NCBI GenBank assembly: GCA_963725665.1
Contig: CAVRZA010000004.1
Span: 96,001 to 160,000 of the forward strand
Length of the DNA stretch: 64,000 bases
Source of the DNA: an uncultured Actinomycetes bacterium
Lineage (GTDB): Bacteria; Actinomycetota; Thermoleophilia; UBA2241
Reading direction: 5' to 3'
The position numbers were made by a program, and so were the translations under genes. Positions within the stretch are counted from its first letter, which is position 1. Each line of letters begins with the position of its first letter. Shown here in pieces: positions 51,015 through 59,475 of the stretch. Under the pieces are notes generated by a model. It did no database searches. It was not told where the DNA came from and saw only the letters and a program-made list of their open reading frames with translations.

Positions 51015-51374
51015 ATGAGCAAGCATCTCGATATGTGGTTCGAGGGTTGGAGGAGGGGAGATGCGGAGATGGTGCTGGGGGCGGTCACAGACGACTTCGT
51101 CTACGACGACCCGATCGACGGGCGCTTCGCGAAAGGCGAGTTTGCCGCCTACCTCGCCGAGCTGTTCGCGAGCGATGAAGAACCAGTGAGCAGGGCTGTA
51201 GATGAGGGGTTCGAGAGTATCTCGGACATCGTGGTGCAGGAGAACAACGGTGAGGAGACGGCCTGGGGCTGGTGGAAGGCTCCGCCGCAGGAGGGGGCCG
51301 GACTGGTGAAGGCCAGGCCAGACGGTGTCTACCTGGAGAAGGTCGCCTACTACACGCTCCCAGAGCCCTTCTGA
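51015..51374 (+). CDS. SnoaL/NTF2-like protein
   Basis: GGAGG RBS; W..GD...TDDFVYDDP pattern. Confidence 0.6.
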   Translation: MSKHLDMWFEGWRRGDAEMVLGAVTDDFVYDDPIDGRFAKGEFAAYLAELFASDEEPVSRAVDEGFESISDIVVQENNGEETAWGWWKAPPQEGAGLVKARPDGVYLEKVAYYTLPEPF

Positions 51375-51748
51375 CCTGTCTGGAGGAGCTTGGCGACCTT
51401 CTCGCGGAGCGCCGCGGGATAGAGCGGCTTCTCCTGAAACTCGTCGACTGGGGCCAACACGGGGTCCTTGCCGAACTTCATGCCTGTTGCCGCGCTAATG
51501 CTCGTCAGCATCAGTATCGGCGCAGCGTAGCCCTCGCGACGCAGTTCCCGGGCCATGACGAAGCCATCGTCGATCCCCTCCATCATCACGTCGAGGATGA
51601 TAAGGTCGGGTGCCTCGTCGGCGACCATCTTCATGCCCTCGGCGCGATTCGAGGCGAGCAGGACCTGGTACCCTTCCCTCTCGAGGACCACGCGTCCTGT
51701 CTCGAGGACGTCCAGGTCATCGTCGACGATCAGGATCTTCGACACCAC
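51350..51748 (-). CDS. Single-domain response regulator
   Basis: ILIVDDD, PDLIILDVMM, ILMLTS, KP. Confidence 0.88.
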   Translation of the reverse strand: MVSKILIVDDDLDVLETGRVVLEREGYQVLLASNRAEGMKMVADEAPDLIILDVMMEGIDDGFVMARELRREGYAAPILMLTSISAATGMKFGKDPVLAPVDEFQEKPLYPAALREKVAKLLQTGQKGSGSV

Positions 51749-51803
51749 ACCCTCCTTCCGTAACGTGTTCTCGCACGGCTCCCGGCGTCACTCGAGCGGT
51801 CCG

Positions 51804-52055
51804 CTAGTCCCAGCTGTGCAAGCTCAGGTGGACGCCAAGCAGCTTGGCCATGAGCCAGACAACGGCGGCGACGGCGGCGAGGGTGGCGACGAGCAAGACC
51901 AGGAAGCCCACGCGGGCGCTGCTGAGGACGGACATCAGGGCCACCGCCGCGACTGTCGCCGAGAGCACTATGGTGAGCTTCTTCCAGAGGGGCGCGGTGT
52001 TCCTCCTGGGCCTGAGGGGTGTGGTGGAGCTCCTGCGCCTGACATTCGGGAACAT
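51804..52055 (-). CDS. Small two-TM hypothetical protein
   Basis: AGGAG RBS; basic N-terminus and two hydrophobic helices. Confidence 0.6.
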   Translation of the reverse strand: MFPNVRRRSSTTPLRPRRNTAPLWKKLTIVLSATVAAVALMSVLSSARVGFLVLLVATLAAVAAVVWLMAKLLGVHLSLHSWD

Positions 52056-52338
52056 GACGGACTCCTGAGGGCCGCGACGAACCGGTCTGACCCGTTCATC
52101 ATGCCCGACCTGGCACTGCCGGGCAAGTCACCGGGATGCCGACGAGTCGCCGCGGGGAAAGCGGAGCTCGGCGCACGGACCGTTGAGGACGCCTGACCCG
52201 CACAGCCCAGCGGTCGCTCTGGTCCGCGTGTCGGCCGGAGGGATAGGATTCGTGCGCTCCGCCACCGACCGGCGCGTCTCAGGAAGGAAGGGCCTCTCGT
52301 GCTCTCCGGTACAGCTCCGACAGGGTGACTGAAAGCAG

Positions 52339-53823
52339 ATGATCGACCTCGCCAGTCTGTTCCTCGTCGGCGCCTTGAACATCAGGCTGCCACTGCCGTG
52401 GTGGCTCGGAGTGCCGCTCGTTGCCTACTGGGTGGTCGTCGCCGTGCTGCTCATCATGGACGACCGCGAGCCGGCGCGGACGCTCACCTGGCTCTTCGTG
52501 CTGCTGCTTCTCCCGGTCCTGGGCCTGATCCTGTTTCTGTTCTTCGGCAGGGACTGGAAGGTCATCACGGCGCGTCGCAGCACGAGGGATCACGTGATGG
52601 AGTCCGTCCTCACCAAGATGGACCCCGTCTACGAACGGAACGCTGTGGCCACTGACCGCTTCAACCGGACGTATTGCGGCAGCGCCGCCATCGGCGTCGC
52701 GACGACGATCGGGAACGAGAACAGGGCGCCCGTGCTCCCCGCGCGGACCCTCGAGATCTTCGCCAGCGGCGCCGAGAAGTTCGCTCGCCTCAAGGAGGAC
52801 CTCGCGGCAGCGCGGCGGTTCATCCATCTGGAGTACTTCATCTGGGAGCGCGACGAGCTCACGGCAGAGATCACGCGCATCCTGCTCGACCGCCTCGCGG
52901 CAGGGGTGGAGGTGCGCATCATGTACGACTTCATCGGCTGCATCTCGTTCAAGAAGGACGAGCTCAAGAGCCTGGCCGCCGCGGGCGCGGTGGTGAGCGC
53001 CGACGTCACCAGCGCCATGAAGCTCAACTACCGCAACCACCGCAAGCTCGCCGTCATCGACGGCGAGATCGGTTACACGGGCGGCATGAACATGGGGCAG
53101 GAGTACATCGACGGCGGTGAGCGCTTCGCCACCTGGCGCGACACGCACCTGCGCTATACGGGGCAGGCGGTGGCCGAGCTGCAGAAGCTCTTCGCGATGC
53201 GCTGGCTCGAGGACGAGCACGTCGACCTGCTCCGCGACGAGTACCTGCCGGCGCCCGATGGCACGGGCGACGGCGGCGTGCTCACGCAGACCGTCGCTCA
53301 CACGGTCGAGGACCCCTGGGAGGCGAGCCGCCGGGCGCACATGACGGCTATCGCCGGCGCCCAGCGCCGCGTACGCATCCAGTCGCCGTACTTCGTGCCC
53401 GACCAAGCGATGTTCGAGACGCTCGTCAACGCCGCCCAGCGCGGGGTCGACTTGGAGTTGATGATGACGGGCAAGGTCGACAAGCGGCTGCCGTTCTGGG
53501 CGGCGCAGACCTACTTCAGGCCACTGCTGCTGGCCGGCGGCCGCATCTTCCTCTACGAGGCCGGCTTCTTCCACGCCAAGACCATCGCCGTCGACTCGCT
53601 GTTCGGCGCCGTGGGGACCATGAACATGGACGTGCGCAGCCTGCGCCTGCACAAGGAGCTCATGGTCTGGCTCTACGACGAGGCGAAGGCGCTCGAGATG
53701 GAGCGCACCTTCGATGCCGACCTCGAGCACTGCCGCGAGGTCAAGCTCGTCGATCTCGAGGCGCTGCCGGCGCGCCAGCGCTTCCGCAACTCGTTCGCGC
53801 GCCTGTTCTCGGCGCAGATCTGA
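52339..53823 (+). CDS. cls: Cardiolipin synthase
   Basis: Two N-terminal TM segments; HKD motifs NHRKLAVID and HAKTIAVD; SPYFVP. Confidence 0.9.
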   Translation: MIDLASLFLVGALNIRLPLPWWLGVPLVAYWVVVAVLLIMDDREPARTLTWLFVLLLLPVLGLILFLFFGRDWKVITARRSTRDHVMESVLTKMDPVYERNAVATDRFNRTYCGSAAIGVATTIGNENRAPVLPARTLEIFASGAEKFARLKEDLAAARRFIHLEYFIWERDELTAEITRILLDRLAAGVEVRIMYDFIGCISFKKDELKSLAAAGAVVSADVTSAMKLNYRNHRKLAVIDGEIGYTGGMNMGQEYIDGGERFATWRDTHLRYTGQAVAELQKLFAMRWLEDEHVDLLRDEYLPAPDGTGDGGVLTQTVAHTVEDPWEASRRAHMTAIAGAQRRVRIQSPYFVPDQAMFETLVNAAQRGVDLELMMTGKVDKRLPFWAAQTYFRPLLLAGGRIFLYEAGFFHAKTIAVDSLFGAVGTMNMDVRSLRLHKELMVWLYDEAKALEMERTFDADLEHCREVKLVDLEALPARQRFRNSFARLFSAQI

Positions 53824-53834
53824 GCGCGGGGCAC

Positions 53835-55046
53835 ATGACCGCCGACGTGTCCGGGCCATCCGCCTCGCGCCGCACCTTGTTGGCGCTCTCCCTGGGTCAC
53901 GGCTGCGCGGACCTGTGTGCCAGCGCGCTCTTCGCCCTGCTGCCCTTCTTGGTCGTGGAGCGCCACTACAGCTATGCCGCCGTCGGCGTGTTCGCATTGA
54001 CGGCGAGCATCGCCAGCGCCGTGCTGCAGCCCCTCGCCGGCGCACGCGGGGACGCCGAGGAGGCGCGCTGGCTGCTCCCGGTCGGGCTCGTCCTCGCCGG
54101 TGTGGGTGTCGGGGCGGTGGGGATGACCACGCGCTACCCCCTCACGTTGCTTGCCGTCGTCGTCTGCAGCATCGGCGTCGCCGCCTATCACCCGGAGGGC
54201 GCTCGCTGGGCTCGCTACGCCGCGGGCAGCCGCGTGACGGCCAACATGAGCTTCTTCTCGGTCGGCGGCGGCGTCGGCTACGCGCTCGGTCCGCTGCTGG
54301 TCGCGGCCGTGCTCGCTCCCCTGGGTTTGCACGGAACGGTGATAGTGGCGATCGTCCCTTTCGCGGCCGCAACCGCCGTGGTCGTTGCGGTGCGACGTTT
54401 CCACGAGGGGACGCGGCAGGACGAGAGGCTGCCAGGGCCGGCAACGCCGGCGGCGTCGGAGTGGCGACCCTTCGCCCTGCTCCTCGCCCTGTTCTGCATC
54501 GCCAGCGGCGTCACGATCGGGCTGATAACCTTCCTGCCGCTGTTCCTCGTTGAGGCTCGGAACACGAGCCCGGGGGCAAGCAACGTCATGTCGAGCATCC
54601 TGCTGGCCGCGGGGGCGGCCGGGACGCTGCTGGGCGGCATTGCCGCCCAGCAGTTCGGCCGCCGCCTCGTGCTGCTCGTGCCGCAGCTCCTGCTCGTGCC
54701 GGCCATCGCTCTGCTGCCGAGCTTGAGCTACCTCGCCATGATCCCTCTGGTCATCCTCGTCGGGATGGCCATGAGCGCGAACCTGAGCCTGGCGCTAGTG
54801 CTGGCGCAGGAGTACCTGCCGGTGCACATGGGTCTCGCCACGGGCCTCACCATCGGTCTTTGCGGCGGCGCCGGCGGCGTCATCGCGGCCGGGCTCGGCT
54901 TGCTCGGTGACGTCGCCGGCCCGGCGTCGGTGCTGTACGTGATCGCGGCGCTGCCCCTGGCCGTGGCCGCGCTGTCCGCCCCGCTGCCCTGCCCGGCGGC
55001 CGCTCCGCCAGGGACGATCTGGAAGCTGGGGGTGGTCGAGCGCTGA
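53835..55046 (+). CDS. MFS transporter (Fsr-like)
   Basis: About 12 TM segments; LQPLAG, AAYHPEG, FSVGGGVG. Confidence 0.85.
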   Translation: MTADVSGPSASRRTLLALSLGHGCADLCASALFALLPFLVVERHYSYAAVGVFALTASIASAVLQPLAGARGDAEEARWLLPVGLVLAGVGVGAVGMTTRYPLTLLAVVVCSIGVAAYHPEGARWARYAAGSRVTANMSFFSVGGGVGYALGPLLVAAVLAPLGLHGTVIVAIVPFAAATAVVVAVRRFHEGTRQDERLPGPATPAASEWRPFALLLALFCIASGVTIGLITFLPLFLVEARNTSPGASNVMSSILLAAGAAGTLLGGIAAQQFGRRLVLLVPQLLLVPAIALLPSLSYLAMIPLVILVGMAMSANLSLALVLAQEYLPVHMGLATGLTIGLCGGAGGVIAAGLGLLGDVAGPASVLYVIAALPLAVAALSAPLPCPAAAPPGTIWKLGVVER

Positions 55047-55091
55047 GGGCGAGCACCCCTTCGGCGGCTCGGCGCCCTGCGCGCCTTCTCC

Positions 55092-55724
55092 CTAGGCCGG
55101 CTCTCGCCGGGCTTCGCCGGACCGCCTCGGCGGCGTCAACCCGCGGCCCTTCAGGTAGTCGTCGAGTAACGCGATCTGTCGCTCGGCCGGGAACGATGCG
55201 GGATCGAGAGCTGCGCGCATGGCCGTTCCATCCACGAAGGCGGCGAGCAGCGTCGCTTCATCGTCGAGATCGACGTCCGGAGAGAGTTCCCCGTCGGCCA
55301 TCGCCTGGCGCATCTTGTCCTGCATGGCGCTCTGCCAGTTGGCGTTATCTTGGCGCTGGAGTCGCTGGAAGTCATGCCTCACGGTCACACGCGACAGAAA
55401 CGCCAGCCAGACGCGCGCGACCAGATGGCTCTCCGGCGTCAGGCAAAGGTTGTGACGGACGGCTGCTCGCAGTCCTCGCAGGCCCCGCTGGGCTTCGAGG
55501 TCACCGTAGAATCTCTCGTTCACATGCTGCAGCGCGAGTCGATAGGCAGCCAGGAGCAGGTCGTCCTTGCTCGGGAAGTAGTGCGCGATGGCGCCGATCG
55601 ACCAGCCCGATTCCTCGGCTATGCGGCGGACCGTGAGCCCATCCCCGCCATCCTGCTCTATGACCCGCCAGACAGCCTCGGAGAGCTGTGCTCGTCGCTC
55701 GTCGTGATCGATCACCCTCGGCAT
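55092..55724 (-). CDS. TetR-family regulator (BetI-like C-terminus)
   Basis: DHDERR, TVRRIAEESGWSIGAIAHYFPSKDDL; palindrome CGAACGTTCG upstream near 55766. Confidence 0.88.
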   Translation of the reverse strand: MPRVIDHDERRAQLSEAVWRVIEQDGGDGLTVRRIAEESGWSIGAIAHYFPSKDDLLLAAYRLALQHVNERFYGDLEAQRGLRGLRAAVRHNLCLTPESHLVARVWLAFLSRVTVRHDFQRLQRQDNANWQSAMQDKMRQAMADGELSPDVDLDDEATLLAAFVDGTAMRAALDPASFPAERQIALLDDYLKGRGLTPPRRSGEARREPA

Positions 55725-55828
55725 TGACGGCCCCCATAAGCCGGGCATAGACTGGCCGCGCGATATCGAACGTTCGTCTTAAAACGCGCGGTGAGTATAC
55801 CACCACGTGTCGCCGGAAGGGGGCGGTC

Positions 55829-57490
55829 ATGAAGCGTCGTTCGTGCGTTCCACTGATCCTTGTCCTGGTGTTGCTGGGCTTCGGCGCGGCGTTGCTCGCG
55901 AGCTGCGGCTCCAGCGGGGGTTCCGCCACGACGGGGAGCCCGTCGGCTGCCGCATCGCCGAAGACCGGCGGAACGCTCACCTTTGCCATCGAGGGCGAGC
56001 CGCAGGCCCTCGACCCGATCCTCAGCTGGACCGTGCAGGCCTTCGACATGGAGTACCTGCTCTACGACACGCTGGTGAAGTTCGCCAGCGGCACCGGGGA
56101 GGCGGGCAACGAGGTCGTGCCGGAGCTGGCGACCGCCATGCCCACCGTCTCGGCGGACGGCAAGACCTACACGTTCACCCTGCGGCAGGGGGCGAAGTTC
56201 GCGCCGCCGGTGAACCGCGAGGTGACGGCCGAAGACTTCAAGTACAGCGTCGAACGCATGATGAGCACTGAGCGCTCGCCGGCGACGTTCTTCTACACGG
56301 GGATCGCCGGGGCTGCCGATTTCCAGGCCGGCAAGGCCAAGGAGATCAGCGGGATCACGGCCGTGGATCGCTACACGCTCGAGATCAAGCTCGACGCGCC
56401 CGATCCGACGCTGCTCTTCAAGCTCGCCATGCCGTTCTGCGCGGTCGTGCCCAAGGAGGCCGTGGAGAAGTACGGCAAGAGCTTCTCGCGGCACCCTGTC
56501 GGCAGCGGTCCGTACATGTTGGAAAAGTGGACGGCCGGCCAGAACGCGAGCCTCGTGCGCAATCCGAACTACTCAGGCCCGACGCCCGGGTATCCGGATA
56601 CGTGGGAGTTCAGTTTCACCCTCAACCCCGAGATGGCCTTCCTGCAGGTGCAGCGCGGGACGGTGGACATCCTCGGCAACGGGGTCCCGACCAGCGACGT
56701 GCAGCGGGTCACGCAGGACCCCAAGCTCAAGGCACTGCTCAACGCAGGCCCCATCGTGGCGTGGTACTACGGGTTCCTCAACGTGACCGTGAAGCCGTTC
56801 GACGACGTGCGCGTGCGCCAGGCCGTCAATTACGCCATCGACAGGTCGCGCATCGCCAAGATCCTCTCGGGACAGGTGATGCCGCTCAACCAGATCTACC
56901 CCGAGGGCATGCCGGGGTACGAGCCGAACGCGGACTACTACCCGTACGACCCGGCGAAGGCGAAGCAGCTCCTGAGCGAAGCGGGTCTCGCGAGCGGCTT
57001 CTCGACCACGTTCATCACCTTCTCACAGGACCCGCTGCCCCGCGTGTCGGAGGCGATCCAGGCAGATCTCGCCAAGGTCGGCATCGAGGTCGCGATCAAG
57101 CGTATGCAGGAGGCGGCCGGCTACACCTACATGACCACCAAGGCATCGCAGGCGCCGATGGGGCTGACCTACTGGTACGCCGACTTCCCCGATCCTTCGG
57201 ACTGGATCGGCTCGCTCCTGAGCAAGGAGAGCGCGATGACCGACGGCGGCGCCAACGTGAGCTGGTGGTGGAGCCCCGAGGTCGAGAAGCTGTACGCGCA
57301 GGCCCAGACGATGCAGGTCTCTCCCGAGCGGACGGCGCTCTTCACACAGATGCAGCAGATCGTCATGGACGAGGCGCCCGTGTTCCCGCTCTACCAGCCG
57401 ATCTACAACGGCATGGCGTCTGAGGCCACGGGCGGCTTCTACATCCACCCGATGGCGGTCTTCAACTTCCTCGACTACTGGAGGAAGTGA
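55829..57490 (+). CDS. ABC peptide/nickel-type substrate-binding lipoprotein (family 5)
   Basis: Lipobox LASC, DGKTYTFTLR, PVGSGPY, VRQAVNYAIDR. Confidence 0.9.
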   Translation: MKRRSCVPLILVLVLLGFGAALLASCGSSGGSATTGSPSAAASPKTGGTLTFAIEGEPQALDPILSWTVQAFDMEYLLYDTLVKFASGTGEAGNEVVPELATAMPTVSADGKTYTFTLRQGAKFAPPVNREVTAEDFKYSVERMMSTERSPATFFYTGIAGAADFQAGKAKEISGITAVDRYTLEIKLDAPDPTLLFKLAMPFCAVVPKEAVEKYGKSFSRHPVGSGPYMLEKWTAGQNASLVRNPNYSGPTPGYPDTWEFSFTLNPEMAFLQVQRGTVDILGNGVPTSDVQRVTQDPKLKALLNAGPIVAWYYGFLNVTVKPFDDVRVRQAVNYAIDRSRIAKILSGQVMPLNQIYPEGMPGYEPNADYYPYDPAKAKQLLSEAGLASGFSTTFITFSQDPLPRVSEAIQADLAKVGIEVAIKRMQEAAGYTYMTTKASQAPMGLTYWYADFPDPSDWIGSLLSKESAMTDGGANVSWWWSPEVEKLYAQAQTMQVSPERTALFTQMQQIVMDEAPVFPLYQPIYNGMASEATGGFYIHPMAVFNFLDYWRK

Positions 57491-57526
57491 GGTGCTGACC
57501 TGGCTTGCCGAGACAGGAGCCGGGCG

Positions 57527-58681
57527 ATGACGCTCGATCTGACCGCTCTGTCGGCGGTCGATACCCACTGTCACCTCTTTCTGCCCCAGCTCGAGGAGAA
57601 GTCGTTCGACCGCTACTGGACGCTCTCCACGCTGCCGCTGGACCCGGCCGACATCCGGTCGACGGTCCTGTTCCAGACGATGAAGTCGCGGCTGGCGCGG
57701 TTTCTCGGTCTGCCCGAGACCGCGCCGTTCGAGAAGATCGCCGCCGAGAGGACGCGCCGCTACAGGGCTGACCCCACGTCGTACGTCGGGGCGCTCTTCG
57801 CTGACGCGGGCATCGGCACGCTGCTCGTCGACATCGGCTACCCCTCCGAAGAGGACGAGGGCATCGACATCGACCCGGGCGAGTTCAGGAGCATGCTCGC
57901 CGGTCAGGACATCCGCATCATCGTGCGCATCGAGCCGGTGATGTACTCGCTGCTCAAGCGCAAGCTGAGCTTCGCGGAGTTCGTCGACGAGTACCGCTCC
58001 GAGCTGCTCCGGCAGCTCGACGAGCACGCCGCGGTGGCGCTCAAGACGACCATCGCCTACTACACGGGGCTCGAGGTGCGCCCGGTGCCCTTCGGGCGCG
58101 CCGAGCGCGCCTACGGCGCGGTCGCCGGCGCGCCCGAAGGCGAGGCCGACCAGGCGGCGCTCAAGGAGTACCGCGACTTCTTCCTGCTCGAGGCGCTCGA
58201 GGTAGGGATGGAGCGGGGCTTGCCGATGCAGGTCCACACCGGCATGGGGGACTCGCCCGAGATCGACATCAGGCTCGCCGACCCGTCGCACCTGCGCTGG
58301 CTGATAGCGGACGATCACTTCGGCAAGGCGACCGTGGTGCTGGTGCACGCAGGGTATCCACACCACGCGGCGGCGGGCTTTCTCGTGAGCGCCTATCCGA
58401 ACGTGTGGCTCGACGTCTCGGAGATGGTGCCGTTCGTCGGTCCCGGGGTGACTTCGCGTCTGTTGGAGCTCTTCGAGATGGCACCGCTGCGCAAGATCAT
58501 GTATGGCTCAGACGGCTTCAACATCCCGGAGGTCTTCTGGTTCGCCGCGGTCCAGTTCAGGCGGGGTCTCTCGGGGGCGCTGGAGAGCCTGGTGGCGGCG
58601 GGGCACGTGTCACAGGATTTCGCGCTCGAGGCAGCGGGGGGCATCCTGAGCGAGAACGCGAGGCGGCTCTACAGGCTCTGA
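57527..58681 (+). CDS. Amidohydrolase_2 family protein (FluG N-terminal-like)
   Basis: VDTHCH, KTTIAYYTGL, QVHTGMGD, LVHAGYP, YGSDG. Confidence 0.82.
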   Translation: MTLDLTALSAVDTHCHLFLPQLEEKSFDRYWTLSTLPLDPADIRSTVLFQTMKSRLARFLGLPETAPFEKIAAERTRRYRADPTSYVGALFADAGIGTLLVDIGYPSEEDEGIDIDPGEFRSMLAGQDIRIIVRIEPVMYSLLKRKLSFAEFVDEYRSELLRQLDEHAAVALKTTIAYYTGLEVRPVPFGRAERAYGAVAGAPEGEADQAALKEYRDFFLLEALEVGMERGLPMQVHTGMGDSPEIDIRLADPSHLRWLIADDHFGKATVVLVHAGYPHHAAAGFLVSAYPNVWLDVSEMVPFVGPGVTSRLLELFEMAPLRKIMYGSDGFNIPEVFWFAAVQFRRGLSGALESLVAAGHVSQDFALEAAGGILSENARRLYRL

Positions 58682-58707
58682 CGAGTCCAGTGCGCGGTCG
58701 CGAGAGG

Positions 58708-58747
58708 GGCGGGGCGGCGAGGCGCCGACGCGCCTCGCCGCCCCGCC
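58708..58747. terminator. 18-bp stem-loop between convergent genes
   Basis: GGCGGGGCGGCGAGGCGC-CGAC-GCGCCTCGCCGCCCCGCC. Confidence 0.6.
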
Positions 58748-58754
58748 TGACTAT

Positions 58755-59343
58755 TCAGGTGGTCGTCGCGGAGCCCGAAGAGCCGAGAAGGGCTTCAATG
58801 CCGGCGCTGAGCATCTTGCCCAGGACCGACAGCCGCGCCTGCAGCTTGCCGATCTCCGACTGGAGGGTGGCTCGTTCCGTCGCGGAGGTCGACGAGCGCT
58901 TGTCGAGCGCCCCGGCGATCCTTGTGACGGCCGATTGCGCCTCCCGGATGCCCGTGACGGCCGCGGCCTGCAAGGGCCGCAGGCCGTCGGGCGGTGTCGA
59001 GCGCGGCCAGGCTCGAGGCCTCGTTGTCCAATTGCGCCGCGATGTCGTCGAGTTTCGCGGCAGAGGCGGTCCATGTGTCGTCCGGCTTCGCGCTCAGACC
59101 TTCGACCGCGTCGGGCAGTGCCGCCACGGTGGTGGCAAGCTCGGAGGTTACCGGTCTCACCTGCTCCAGGTAGGTCTTCAGGTCGGCGACACCGTTGAGA
59201 AGCCCGCTCTGGGGGGCGCTATGGGAGGCCCTCGGGGAAGGCGCTGTGGCCGTGGAGGTCTCCTTGCCCGCACAGCCGGTCGCAGCGAGCACGATCGCCA
59301 ACGTCACGAACACACCTGGGACTCCGATCCGCATCCTGATCAT
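58755..59343 (-). CDS. Helical lipoprotein, hypothetical (frameshift near 58995)
   Basis: Lipobox-like ATGC; amphipathic helices continue in a second frame to 58755. Confidence 0.6.
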
Positions 59344-59475
59344 CTCAACGACACTCCTGGTCCGCATCGCGCCCGTGCCCGATTGTCACGGCCTCGTTTT
59401 GGTGAGACGCGCGGCTGCGGGTCAGGGCATCGTTCTTGGTCGTCTTGCCGGCGCCGTTCGGGCCGATCGCGGAGG

